From the NCBI GenBank assembly GCA_965644295.1, contig CBFFRP010000463.1, positions 1 to 64,000 of the forward strand: a stretch of DNA of 64,000 nucleotides. The letters run 5' to 3'. How positions within the stretch are numbered: the first letter of the stretch is position 1; each line of letters opens with the position of its first letter. Source of the DNA: Paraphysomonas bandaiensis. Its lineage: Eukaryota; Protista; Chrysophyceae. Below are positions 36,075 to 48,315 of the stretch, piece by piece. A program made the position numbers and the translations under genes. The notes beneath the pieces were generated by a model, which did no database searches, was not told the origin of the DNA, and worked only from the letters and a program-made list of their open reading frames with translations.

Positions 36075-36750
36075 TTGCTTCCTTCAACAAACTCGAACTC
36101 TCACCTTTTTGTGGTGTTCTGGGGGATTCGTATCGGAGAGATTTTCTGTGGAAAACTAACCGGAGCCCCATTTCGTAGAGAGCAGATAATATTCTGCCTA
36201 TTCATATCCCAATGCTTTGGTGTGTTGTAAGGGACACAAACAAGTATCACTTGTGTAGACGTCTTTGGGCCTTGTTGATGAATAAATAGGTATCCGGGAA
36301 TAGGTCCATCTCAAGGCTACCCGGGGTTTTTGGACTGCATGCGGAAGCACAACATTCGGATGAGTTCACCTAAAGGACTCGAAACCCTGAAACAGGTATA
36401 TCAACATTCTGCTTGATTTATAGCAAGGATGACTGGTTTTGCACAGTGGAGCCCCTCAAAAAAGTCGGACAAGCATTTTTTCGTGGTGTTCTGACCCCAT
36501 AAATATTATATAAGAGTAGATACTATTCTGCTTACTCATATACCCCAATGCTAGTAGTGTAGTACAAGGGACACTAATAAGTATACTGTCACTTGTTGTG
36601 GAGGCGTCTTTTGGCCTCTTGACAAATAAACAGTTAAACAGGCATCCGGGAAAATGGGGCCACCGTAAGTGTCACTTATGTAGACGTCGTGGTCCTTGAC
36701 GAATAAACATGCATCCGGGAATGAGCCCACCGCAAGGTCTCAAGTGCATC
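36075..36750 (+). repeat. Three tandem degenerate copies of the upstream module of the SINE-like family
   Basis: ..aagggacac..tcacttg..gacgtctttgggcctt..gaataaa..atccgggaat.gg.ccac.tcaagg recurs at ~36180-36325, ~36520-36670 and ~36670-36750. It matches 59410-59550 and 58560-58745 (minus). Confidence 0.7.
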
Positions 36751-36789
36751 CGAAATATCTTACCCAATGAAGTCTTCTTTATATTTAAT

Positions 36790-37030
36790 TTCTTCTCACC
36801 GAAATTAAATGGATAATTTTTCTCGACAATCCACTCCACCAATTCATAATTTAGTTTTGCCTTGTCTGAAGGTTGAAGAACGAAAGCATCCATGGGACCA
36901 GAGCCCGTAAATACCTCTTAATTGACTCTTCCCGCAATCACCATGTGTTAATGTGTGGTTCTTCAAATTGTAGTAACCATTCTGAATCTTCTGCTGTCGT
37001 TTACGTTCACAGACTTTGCACTCGTGCTTG
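36790..37030 (-). pseudogene. hAT-type transposase N-terminal fragment (BED zinc finger)
   Basis: Minus frame KHECKVCERKRQQKIQNGYYNLKNHTLTH, followed by SDKAKLNYELVEWIVEKNYPF. This resembles the start of oomycete-type hAT transposases. Confidence 0.65.
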
Positions 37031-37810
37031 TTTGGTTGACCTTCGTCCGGACATCAAACACAGCTGTAAATATCCCTACTTTTGTATGCATTCATCGTTT
37101 AGCAGGGCTGCCTCGTAACAATTCATTTAATAGCAATTAATTGTAATTGCAATTATTATTGCTCGCTGGAAAAGGTTGCACTTAATTACTATACCGTATA
37201 AGGACATAATAATAATATATTAGAATTAGAACTTGGAAAACATTAAAGACGATGACCATTCATACTAACCACCACCTTGGTGCGGATGCGGACATAATTA
37301 TGAATCAGACCTTCGAAACTGCTGTTGTGAAAGCCCAAAAAGCAGAAGCAAAAATAGTATTGTCAGTTGTACTGACTGTATGAAACGATATATATATAAT
37401 GCAATCGAAGTGAGAAAATAGTGTGCAATAATTAAAATAGATATTTGTGACAAGTGAATATGGTTAACAATGACGTAATTTAGTTCTGAGGCATAACTAT
37501 ATAATATATAGGATTCACTAGTGACCATATGATAGACATAGGAAATGCTTGATGTGTAAAAGCGTATTTCATGCAAAATACATTGCTGCAACGTGTTCAA
37601 GCTCAGTAGAATGTGCAATGTTGTACAGTTACAGTACTCTACACATCTACAAATGGGTAACTGATATAAATCCACGCTGCGAGTACAGGCTTAGTGATAA
37701 TAATATTACGCTATTGACATAATTGCATAACTTTCAATACGCACTCAATATTTAAAAACAACAACAGGCACTGAGCATTACAGAAGAAAGTGAGAAATCA
37801 ACAGACGAGC

Positions 37811-40800
37811 CTATCCACGCTGAGAACGGTCCTGTCTTAATTTAGCACGTTCCATCCTTCCCAATTGAGACTGTCGGCTGAACTCAAATGCTCTTTTAAA
37901 GTCTTTCAAAACACTGAACACTTTTGTGGTTTCACAAGTTGCTATATCTTCTCCGAAATACTCCACTACTATTACAATTTTTCGGTCCATTAACTCTCTC
38001 ATTTTCGTTAACTCTGCCATACGATCGCGCGAAATGTCAAGGAATTTTTGGGCTTTGTCAACAAAAACAGGTGTGTGTTGCTGTACCAATTCCGACGAAC
38101 TCTCATTGGCTCTTGCGTCAGAACACACTTCATTAATATAAGAAATACTCTTCGAAAGATGGTCGATTTCACGCCCCGTATCTTTTCCAGATATTCTCGC
38201 AGTTTCATCATCAAACGAAAGGTCATCGGTGACAGCTAATACACTCTGCTCCCCACGATCGATAAGACTCTTAATCACATAGTCCAGCACAGAGGTCTTT
38301 TTATCCACGCCTACATTGGCGTTGTATAACCAAAGAGCACTGCTGAAATACACTATATGGTGCTTACCTTTCGTATGAACCATTTTCAACAAAGAGTCAA
38401 GAGAAAATCCTGACGCCCCACCTCTAAAAGTTCCGGCATTCATAAGATTTCCTACTGTTAACATTTTCTGTAATACCCGGGCCAAGTTATCACTGGATAT
38501 AATCTGTCGGCAGTAATAAGTACTAAATAGCGCTTTCACGATAGTAAACATACCTCATTGCATGCATCAATAACCTTCTTCATCTTCGATGATATCGCTA
38601 CAGCGGACTCTTCGAATGTAAGAATCGTAATAAAACATGCTAGCCGCTTCGGCAATTCCGGATAAAATTTAGCGGCAAGAAGGAAAAACACTTCCGCTGG
38701 GTGTTCAGATCCTTCCGCATCGCTAATTCGCTTAACCTCAGGTAAAGAAGGTAGCAGCTGCGACAAATTTTCGAGGCGGTCTGCAGACAGTTGATTATTC
38801 AAGCTGTCTAAGCAGCACACAGCCCCCAACAAAATTTCATGAGACGCCATATTTTTAAAGTGAGCCAATCCAATTACGACATTCTGCGCTCGTTTGGAAT
38901 CGAGAGCGTGAAGACGCATACGATTATCCGGCACAGGAGCTTTTTCAACACTGTTCTTCACAGCAGCTTGTGCGCCGAATAACTTTTCCAACTCCTCGAA
39001 CTCCTCATCCTGCATGCTGTCATCTTGCCCATTGGCAAAAATACTGTTCTCCAACTTCTCCGCAGGCAGTGGATTCCAGTGCACTTTCAGTAACGGAACA
39101 CTCGCCTTTCTACCACCTGATGATCGCGTAGACTCGCTCTTTACATTTGACTGGGTATTGCTGGAGAATTCCTCACTCCTCGCGCCAATTGCCACCATCA
39201 ATCTGTTCACATCCTCAGAACTGCACCCATCCATCTTCATCTTCTGGTCAATATTGCCAGCCGGAACACCCATTTTGTGCATTTTCACATACTTTCCGAT
39301 CTTTGGGTCATCTTTAAGTACAGAAAGATCTTCTACGACATTGTTGATTCTAGATGATTGATCCGGGCGAACTTGGTCCTCAGCTGATGTCCGAACAATA
39401 TCGGTGTCAGTCGATATATGTAGCATATCTGCCGTTTCGAGCATTAGCTTTACTAACTCACGAGTCTCCCCTGCTCGAGCCATGCTGTTTTTCACCGTTA
39501 AGAGTGGAGCTCCTTGTTTGAGCATATCTATATATGGTGTAACTCGTTTTTGTAGCTCTTCTTCTGTCATGAACGCACCCCGAGGCCGTGGAGATTCCCC
39601 ACCATATCTGACAGATAACTTTTCAATTTTTTCATCGAGATTCTTCTTTGTACTTTCTTCCGAGGTAAGAATATTACCGCCATTGCCATAGCTTCCATCT
39701 TCAGTAGAGAATATTTTGCTCTTCTTTAACTTTTCGTTATCAAGAATAGCCGATGGTTTCACAGACTGTGGTTTCTTACGGTTTGAATGTTGTGATGCAC
39801 GGCCACTGCATCTAAGCGACAAAGTAGTATCTGGGGCAGGCTTATCATCGACTTCACTGTCTGCGTCCCAATCAGAAGAATCCGCACTGCCAGATTCATC
39901 TCCATCACTGTACAGCGTTGCACTTCTATTTATCACATTGTCACTTTCATCGCTGTCACTATTTACACCTTTCCGTTCTGACTTGAGGTTCTCCCCGACC
40001 CCTTTTGTTTTCGATACACGCTTCGATGACTCTTTTCTGGAGAATTTCTTCGATCGATTTATCGATTTATCACTTGAGCTAGGAGATCCCTTAACAGATA
40101 TGGGAGGGGTTAAGGACCTTTGCAATACCGCTGCCCTTTGAAGGGACTCTCTATCAGGAGAAAAGCAATTTGTTCGTACTGGTTCATCAACGGGACACGA
40201 AGACTCTTCAGGATTGGATAAGAGGAATTGAGGGTCACCAACATCGGAAAAATTCCCAGAATTTATGGGTAACCGTGCATTGCGCTCGTTACGACTTCCA
40301 TTTTTTCTAAACATATCCCCAGACATCATTTTCTCCGTGTGAATATCATCGTCAAATACCTCACTCCTGTTGTCAATATGCACCCCTCGTCGGATTTGCG
40401 AGCCAGCTACTTCATCAGAACCCCTCTCATCTTGAAGTATATCTTTATCAATTTCATTGTCCAAGTGTGCACCGCGGCCACCGGCTAAACGATCACGCCT
40501 GCTGCGAAAATCACTCTTACTGCGACTACGTCGACTGCCTTTGGCATCAAAATCATCATCAGAATCAGCGCCGCTATCGCGAGATACTTCTCTTAAATTG
40601 CCATTTCTACGGCTAAAAGACCACTCAAGCACGTTGCTTCCATCATCATCGCTGCTGAAAACGCCTGTATCAGAGCCTTTTACTTTAACAGGTTTCGACT
40701 TATTACTACGTCTCTTATTCGAAGAGTCTACTTTTCGTGGATTCTTAAATTCCGTTTGTAAAGTAGGCAAACTGTCCGCCTTATATTCTGCTGAGTTTCC

Positions 40801-43800
40801 CCCCAATATCCCCGATGCATGTGTCTCTGCTACGTATTCTCCAGTTACTTCGTCGTACTTCAGAATGCCATGAGTGCGTGGATCATCCCATTGACTGTGC
40901 TGTGTAGCACTGTCTAAGTAGTATTTGTATCCTTCATCACTGAGATACACCTGCCACTTCGTGCCGAAGAGATTGAATTCTTCCAGTGGATGGGCTGTGT
41001 GAATTTCTTCTGGTTCCGCCTCTACCGCAGCTTGATGCTGCTGTTCATGAGAGTACTCTTTAGTAGAGGTACCATGGAAGGGTTGGGAACTACATTCCTG
41101 TACAACGGGACTGTGTAGGGCTTGGAAGTGGGACACTCGCGGGTTTCCTTGTCTATTTTGACTATGAAATTCGTTGTCTCCATGTCGTGCAGTGAGTGGA
41201 TTATTAAGCTGCAGTCCTGAAGGCATGAATCATATCATCAGGTACACTTCCAAAAGACGCAAATAAAACATGTGTTACATACCTTGAAAGAGTGGGGTAG
41301 GTCTATCTCTCGCAGTGAAAGGTCCTTGTTGCAAATACTCCTGACTACATATAGAGCGGTGATTATTGTAGGCAGACAAAGGAGTGTAGAACTTATCTCA
41401 CCTTGTATTTATCAGACGTGCGGAAAGAGGCTGCTCTTGATAAGAGTTCCGTGCTCCACTGCGTGCTTGATTGAGAGAAAAGTCAACATATTGTGCATGC
41501 TGGTGTGACACACCGGCATGCGGGGCCTGAGAGGAGGGGAGCGTGATGGGAGAGTTCGAGTAACTACCATTGGAAGTCGATCGTCCAGCATTGTGAGGTC
41601 TTGGCAGAAAAAAAACCTGCTGGTTGGGTTGCGGGTATGTTGTATTGCGCTCTAATGAAGTCACTGGGGGACTGTAATTTCCAGAGAGATCTTCGGAACT
41701 AGAATATCTCCGACCCATGTGGGAATCGTTGCTACTAGAACTTATTGCTCGTCGGGGAAGTGGAGGGGGCACGTTATACTCCATCAATAAGTCACAAATC
41801 TGCTGATGACCTCGTTCACTTGAGAGGTTATACGGCGTCTTTCCTCTATTGTTTCTCGCCACAGGATTTGCAGCTGTCTCCAGTAATAACCGAGCGCAAG
41901 CTAAGTGGCCATTAGCAGCAGCGTAATGCAAAGCAGTGTTTCCTTCTCCATCTACGCTATCCAAATAGCTATCCCCACCGTGGTCTAGAAGAAACGAAAG
42001 ACATATTTTATGTCCACAGGCAGCGCATAGGTGAATTGCACTTTTCTGGTGTTTGTCTCGTAGAGACAAATCGGCACCATGCGACAGCAACAACCGACTC
42101 ATTTTCGTGTCACCGTAACCAGCAGATATGTGGAGAGGGGTTTTCTCATCCGAATCCCGCAAATTAGCGATAATTACATCCGACTGCGATGGAGCGGCAG
42201 CCTCCAGAAGGACTCTCGCACACTTATGAGATTTGCTTTCTACCGCACAGTGCAATGCAGTCTGGCCAAAATCAGGATGGGGATCGTTGCGACCACCGTA
42301 ATGGAGACAAAGTCGAGTGATGTCCTCCATTCCCCTACGACACGCTATCATCAACGGAGTGTCTTTGTCTTCTGGTTCCATCAGATTGACGGATATATTG
42401 GTGCGAAGTATGTTGTGCAGAACATCATATTTCCCGCTTCTAGTTGCGGCGAACATTTGATCCTTCAGAGACGGTGTTCTGGTAGCGATGACTGCAGAAT
42501 TTGCGGCTTCTAAATACGCGAGGTCTTGTCTTGAGTCTCTTTCCTCATCAACAATTACTCCATCTGCGTCCGACCCCCTTCTCTGTCTATAGTCTGTGGG
42601 AGGACTCTCAAGTTCCTGATGTCGCCAAGTTGGCTTCTTCCTCTTCAGATTATCGATAGCCCAGTCCGCATTAGAAGACATTATTACTAACAACGTGTGT
42701 ACAGCATTTTTCCACGCGAGGGCTTCCTGTACGCTCTCAGCTGCAAGATCCAAGCTACGGCTACTGGTCACTATAGAAAAGCACAGCTGCTCTGGGGGCA
42801 ATGGGTTACCTGTGAAGCGTATAAGAATGAGCTCAAGCGTACGATGATTAACTATACCTCGACTTTTACATTTCCAAAACGCCGGCGATTGATGTCCCTC
42901 AACAACATGTGCACCTTCATAAAGTGTCAGCTCTCTTGCATTTCCAAGATCATCTTTCTTGTCTGGGTTGGCCCATATGATGGTCGGCGGGTGGACGATG
43001 TACCCCAGAGGTGATTTATTGGCACCCATTTCATCCCCTGAGAGGATCGATACTGGTTTGGCTCTGGGGCCGGGATGCGATGCTCGTTTAATCATTACCA
43101 GTCGCCGCTCTGGGAGTCCACGACCGTTATAGGGAATTTTCCACAGGATGGCGCCCTTCCATAGCAACAACGGTAGACCAGAATGACTCTGGTCTCCCAA
43201 GAGCTTGGGTTGGACCGCTGTTGTTACTCTTTCACCAACATGATGCATTCTATCGCCTTCTTGGTGTGGTGTGGAAAAAGATCTAGAATCAGAGCGGGGT
43301 AGCTGCAGACGTGGAACACTTCCTTGTGGCACACTTCGTGGTCTGCTGTTATTCGATGTACTGGACTTGATATTTTCAGCCGCATCATTCTGACCACCTT
43401 CACTAGCCGGAGAGGTCTCATTAGTTGAAAGCGACTCCTGCCCCCTCTGTGAATCAGACCGTTGAAGTGAGAGCGGATGAAGCTGCGCCTCTCTTGCCAG
43501 TTCTTTCTGCTTCGCTATATTAGCTTGAGTATCCTTGTAGAGTCGTCTCAGTTCTTCATTTTCGGCTCGTAAACGCTGTGCATCCGCTTTCCACTTCTGT
43601 GTGTCGTCGTCCTTTACAATCTTTTCTACTACGCGCTCAACAACTACTGGATCTGAATGAACCACACTAGCTGCACTTAACTTCGATCGAAGAGTTTCGT
43701 TTTCATTCCGCAGAGAGGCATACTCGCTATCCATCGCTTGGCGCTCCTTAATCATAAACTGAACCGCATCTTCTGTCGATAGCGACTCTCCGTGCTTGCC

Positions 43801-44211
43801 TTTCCTTGTGTGGGTTTTCTCCGCACGTGCTGGTTTATGTTTTACAAACTTATTAATCTCTGAGTTCTCAATATCGAGTACAGCGGGGGCTACAGTGCTG
43901 CTTCTCATTGACTTAACGTGTAACACCTCTTCTTTTTCCTCGACATCGTCAAAGGATTCTCGTATTGTTACTCTCGGTTTCATTTCCGTTGGCATACCAC
44001 AGTATGTGTTCCCCACCGAGTCTCTTTCGGAGGAATCAGAAGCAGAACCCTTCTCATCACTGTAGCTGTCACAGTCACTGTGAGCCCTATATTTGGCCCC
44101 ACTAGAGTACTTTGAAAATGGTTCTCTGAGACTGCCATGAAGAACGACATCGTCATCAGACATTTCCGGTACATTGTCTTCATTGAGCGAAGAAAACGTT
44201 CCCCTACTCAT
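37811..44211 (-). CDS. Multidomain formin: coiled coil - PH - ankyrin repeats - WW - FH2, multi-exon
   Basis: PH (WKGAILWKIP..CFSIVTSSRSLDLAAES...AWK). Ankyrin repeats (DTPLMIAC, QTALHCAV, KTPLHISA, NTALHYAAANGH). WW (WQVYLSDEGYKYYLDSATQHSQWDDP). FH2 (LLKVHWNPL, LDSKRAQNVVIGL, LTVGNLMNAGTFRGGASGFSLDSLLKM, YFGED). Short introns at ~41.25-41.4 kb join the ORFs. A possible extra upstream exon reaches ~44359. Confidence 0.82.
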
Positions 44212-44808
44212 GTAAGCGACGGCAGTAGACTCATACACTAAATATATATAAAAGTAAACATAACTATCTCTTAATGGGCTTCGAATCATACACTATCACT
44301 TACCTGCTATGGAGACAGCGTTTAGTTGAACGCGTATTTAATTTCCATCTATGCGACATGATGTATATCAACCATATAGTCAAGTAGGGGACTGATTGTG
44401 TTACGTTAAGTTTATGTTTGGGAATGTGTATGTGGGATATATCAAGCCAGGGTTAAGTGATAAACCACATACATACTCACACATACAGCTGTATATACGT
44501 ACAGCAGTCATAGTCTCTGTACGATGTTGTACGTATTTCCTACTAGAGATACATATTCGAAAAATAGTGAAGTAAAGTATACCCATGGTATACCGGTATA
44601 CCGTATACACAACAATGGAATACAATTCTAGATGAGGTGTAGTACCTGCTGCTGATGAGTGGAGAATGACCGTTGGCTCGGTATGGGAATGTTACTCCAG
44701 CAGAGCAGCTATACACCTGTCATGGTGTTAGAGTGATACTTATAGACCCTGAACAACTCCACTGCAATTATTTTATATATTCATCACAGTTTAGTAGCAC
44801 AGATAGCA

Positions 44809-45575
44809 ATGGATACGTGTACGTCAAGCGTTATTAATTTGAGAGGGTCAACTGATATTGTGACGGAGTTTTTTGAGTACAGTGTGAACAATATCCTTTA
44901 CCAGCGTGGTATATACCCCCCCGAAACATTTAAAAGAGTGCCGAAATATGGGTTAGCAATGATGGTTACGACTGATGACGCATTGTCTTCTTATATTTCC
45001 AACATTATGCGTCAGCTTCATGGTTAGAAACGTAGTTGTTTTGGTGTATATTTAACAAGTTGCAACAGAGTGGCTGGTGAATGACGGTGTAAGGAAGTTG
45101 GTTCTGGTTGTCAAAGGTGCCGAGTCTAAGGAAACCTTAGAGCGTTGGGTATTTAATTGTGAAAACACTGCTAGCACCGACGGCAGTGACGTAAGGTAAT
45201 AATTGTTACGTGGTAAGTATTTGAACAGTAACTGTAAGCACATGTAGCCAAGTAACATCCACGAAGTCTCAAAAGGAGATTACGCAAGAGATTCAGGCTG
45301 TCATACGCCAAATAACTGCAAGTGTTACTTTTCTTCCGCTATTGAACGAGCCTTGTTTCTTTGACCTTTTGGTTTACGCCGATCAAAATGCAACTGTACC
45401 TATGACCTGGGAAGACTCAGACCCTTGTTACATAGCTAATTCAGAAAACGTACGTCTTCGTTCGTTCGACACAAAGGTAGAAGTACTTATGCTCGTTTAA
45501 AATCTTTTTAATTTTGTTTTTCAGATACATAAAGTTGACGCCTCTGTGTCCTACAGAGTAGATGACGAGTTGTAA
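44809..45575 (+). CDS. MAD2: Spindle checkpoint HORMA protein MAD2, multi-exon
   Basis: INLRGSTDIVTEFFEYSVNNILYQRGIYPPETF, ETLERWVF, EIQAVIRQITASVTFLP, WEDSDP, VRLRSFDTKIHKVDASVSY. Confidence 0.97.
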
Positions 45576-46569
45576 AATGTCATTTCTTGCTATGAGACTT
45601 CAACTTCATGATTTTCGATTTATACACCATGTAAAAAATATAAATTGCTAAGTTAAGGAAATATTTAAATTTTATACGTTCACTGTTCTATTTCTAGTTT
45701 TTCAACAATACTTCTCAATGAATGAAGATTTAATAGTAATAATAGTAATAAGAACGTTGTGATGATTAGAATGCAGAGTAATGAACACAGCAATGTAAGA
45801 AGCGAATAATGATGTAAAATATAACTACCACGCGCAACGGAATAGTTAGATATGTAACTGAAAATGACGCTCGTTGGAATGACGGCCATGAATCCTCAAT
45901 AAATTCAGGATTTTCTCAATCGACATATAATAGTTTTATAATGTGAAGATATATCCTAGGTTAACTATATTATAGTAACTACTTTGACTAGATATTCTTT
46001 ATTCTAGACAAACCCTTGGTATACTTTTACCTTGGTATATTTCTGTTGCACACTCCAACATTCCTCAATCAGATGTTGCCTCTCTTGTTCCATCACACTT
46101 CCTCTCGACTCCCTGTTGCTGGATACGCCGGAGAACTCTTGTATCCCACTGGTGTCCAAACACACACTCTCTTCCATGAGTTCTCTGCTACTGGCTAAGA
46201 CAGCAAAAGAGTCGATTACGATGCTTCTACACAGTAGATCAACACCTTTTGCTAGGCCTTCATCCGCATACCTCCAAGCCACTTGGCACAATACGTAAGG
46301 GAAGACCACCAGATCGCCAAAACTCAAAAGGGCATATTGCTGCTTCTCCTCTGGTTGCCGTGAGTCACATAATCTTACTTCAAGGGTCAGAATAGCACTT
46401 TCTAATATCTGAACATCTCTCGTTGCAGGCTTGCGTAACAATTAATTGGCAATTAATTGGTGACAGGTGTCCAACAATAATAATTGCATATATTAATCAA
46501 GCATCCAATTATTGGCAATGCAATTAATTGCCTTTAATTCTATTGATCGATTTTAAAATAACTTTCTGA

Positions 46570-47045
46570 ACTATAATCTCATCCCAAAAAACATTAACAT
46601 TTTCACGCAAATAATTCAACATTTTAAGGTGTCTAGGTGTCATTCGCATGCGAAAATCTAGTCATAACAATCTTAGCTCTGCTAAACAACCTCTCACAAA
46701 CATTGGTATTGCGATACTAATATCATGCAACCATATCGTGTTGAAAGTTTGATGCGTGTTTTCTGGCGCTTCCGGTTGTGTTTAAGTAAACGAATGGCCT
46801 CGTCCTTCTCTCCTCCTCCTTATCTTTCTCTTCATTAAGTTCACCTTGTTGGTGTGCAGGTACATCATTTATCATAAAACGTCGCACCTGCGCTTTTTCA
46901 GCGCGGTTCAGTTTTTCTTCCCTACCGCGCTGAATTTTGACTACTGCTCTCTCGAAATCTGCATTTTGAACAATTTCGGCGTCTGCATCCAGAAGAAATT
47001 TCATCCCAGGGTACTGACGAATTAAATCATCAAATTTGTTCATTC
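46570..47045 (-). pseudogene. hAT transposase C-terminal remnant including the dimerization domain
   Basis: FDDLIRQYP..AEIVQNADFERAVVKIQRG..LNRAEK, then frameshifted NTNVCERLFSRAKIVMT / RMRMTPRHLKML..LREN. Confidence 0.8.
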
Positions 47046-47750
47046 AATGCCATCCTGTTGAAGAAATAAGAATGATAAGTATGGCTATCCAATGCTTCTA
47101 GTCCATTATTGTTGTACACACACACTACTACGGATCCTTTGTACTAAGGTATTCTTGCACACACACATACTTCTCTTCCTCTGATAGTGGTACCCAACGG
47201 ATACACTTATATATAACGTCATTTACATTACTACTATACTTGAAAATTTCGACGCAGTTGAATATGCTATCACATAATATATATACTATGTATCTAGACA
47301 ATCGATATGGAGGTGCTCGGTTTGTTCTTTGCCAACGAGCTTTGAACATGATATATTACTCTTTCATGCTGAGGTTAAAGTGTACACTAAACCCTCAATA
47401 CGATTAATAAATTGATAACGTGACTGTGCACATACATACATACATACATACATACTACTATGCTAACGTATAATGGGTGTGTACCAAACATGAAACATTA
47501 TATGTCATCAGCAAATTTAATTAAGTTCTAATATTGATGCTGAGACCAGCCATATATTTACTCTAAAGGCCTCGCATCTAAAGGCCACATAAACTAGATG
47601 AGCCCACATTGTCCAGCAGTATAGAAGATGTTGGAATCATCCACCTTGGGTCGCGTTCAAGTGTATCACCAGCGTACATTCATACTCGGGAGCAATCCCT
47701 ACCACCTGAATAGCGTCTAATCTATAAGGTATATTCGCGAGGACAACTTA

Positions 47751-47865
47751 TGATATTCTTAATCCCTGATAATATCTTATTATCACCTTATTAACTCATA
47801 ACACAGTAGAAGTGACTCATTATAGAAATATATAAGATATATATTATCAGGGATTAAAAATATCA
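47751..47865. repeat. Inverted repeat with 25-bp arms (24/25 identity) nested in the hAT element; possible small MITE
   Basis: tgatattcttaatccctgataatat (47751-47775) versus atattatcagggattaaaaatatca (47841-47865). Confidence 0.8.
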
Positions 47866-48315
47866 GGCAAATTTTAAACAACTCATGATATGTAGACCTG
47901 ATACTGGAAATGAATCGCCATGCTCAAATGTATATAAGCAATAAGGCAATATATATCCTACGTATATTGCCAATAAATTGAAAACCAATTAATTGTTACG
48001 CAAGCCTGTCTCGCTGATATTGGATGTAAAGACTACTCTAGTTGATTATCTGTGTTGATTTCTGTCCTGCCTTTCATACGTTGCTGAGTTGAATCAAGGC
48101 ATATTTATTGTAGGGGATGCAACAAAAATAGTTAACAGCTGAGAGGTATTACTGTGCTGAGTTCGCATGTAGCAGTACGTTGATGTTTTTTGATGACTAG
48201 CCTTTACATATTACCAAAATGTCTACAATGGTTTATCTGCACATATGTATGAATATGAGTATCACTGCTATCTGCTACCACTTAATCTGGATATGAAAAC
48301 GAAGAACAATACGAT

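Larger units (their letters stand above)
46426..48008 (-). mobile_element. Non-autonomous hAT DNA transposon (1583 bp)
   Basis: Perfect 24-bp TIRs CAGGCTTGCGTAACAATTAATTGG (46426-46449; reverse complement at 47985-48008). 8-bp TSD tctcgttg / tctcgctg. Internal transposase C-terminal remnant. Confidence 0.93.

Noticed and set aside
46004-46441. 145-aa minus-strand ORF next to the hAT element
   Set aside because: Its start lies inside the TIR, and the reconstructed empty site hits a stop within a few codons upstream. No recognisable motif; probably decayed repeat DNA.
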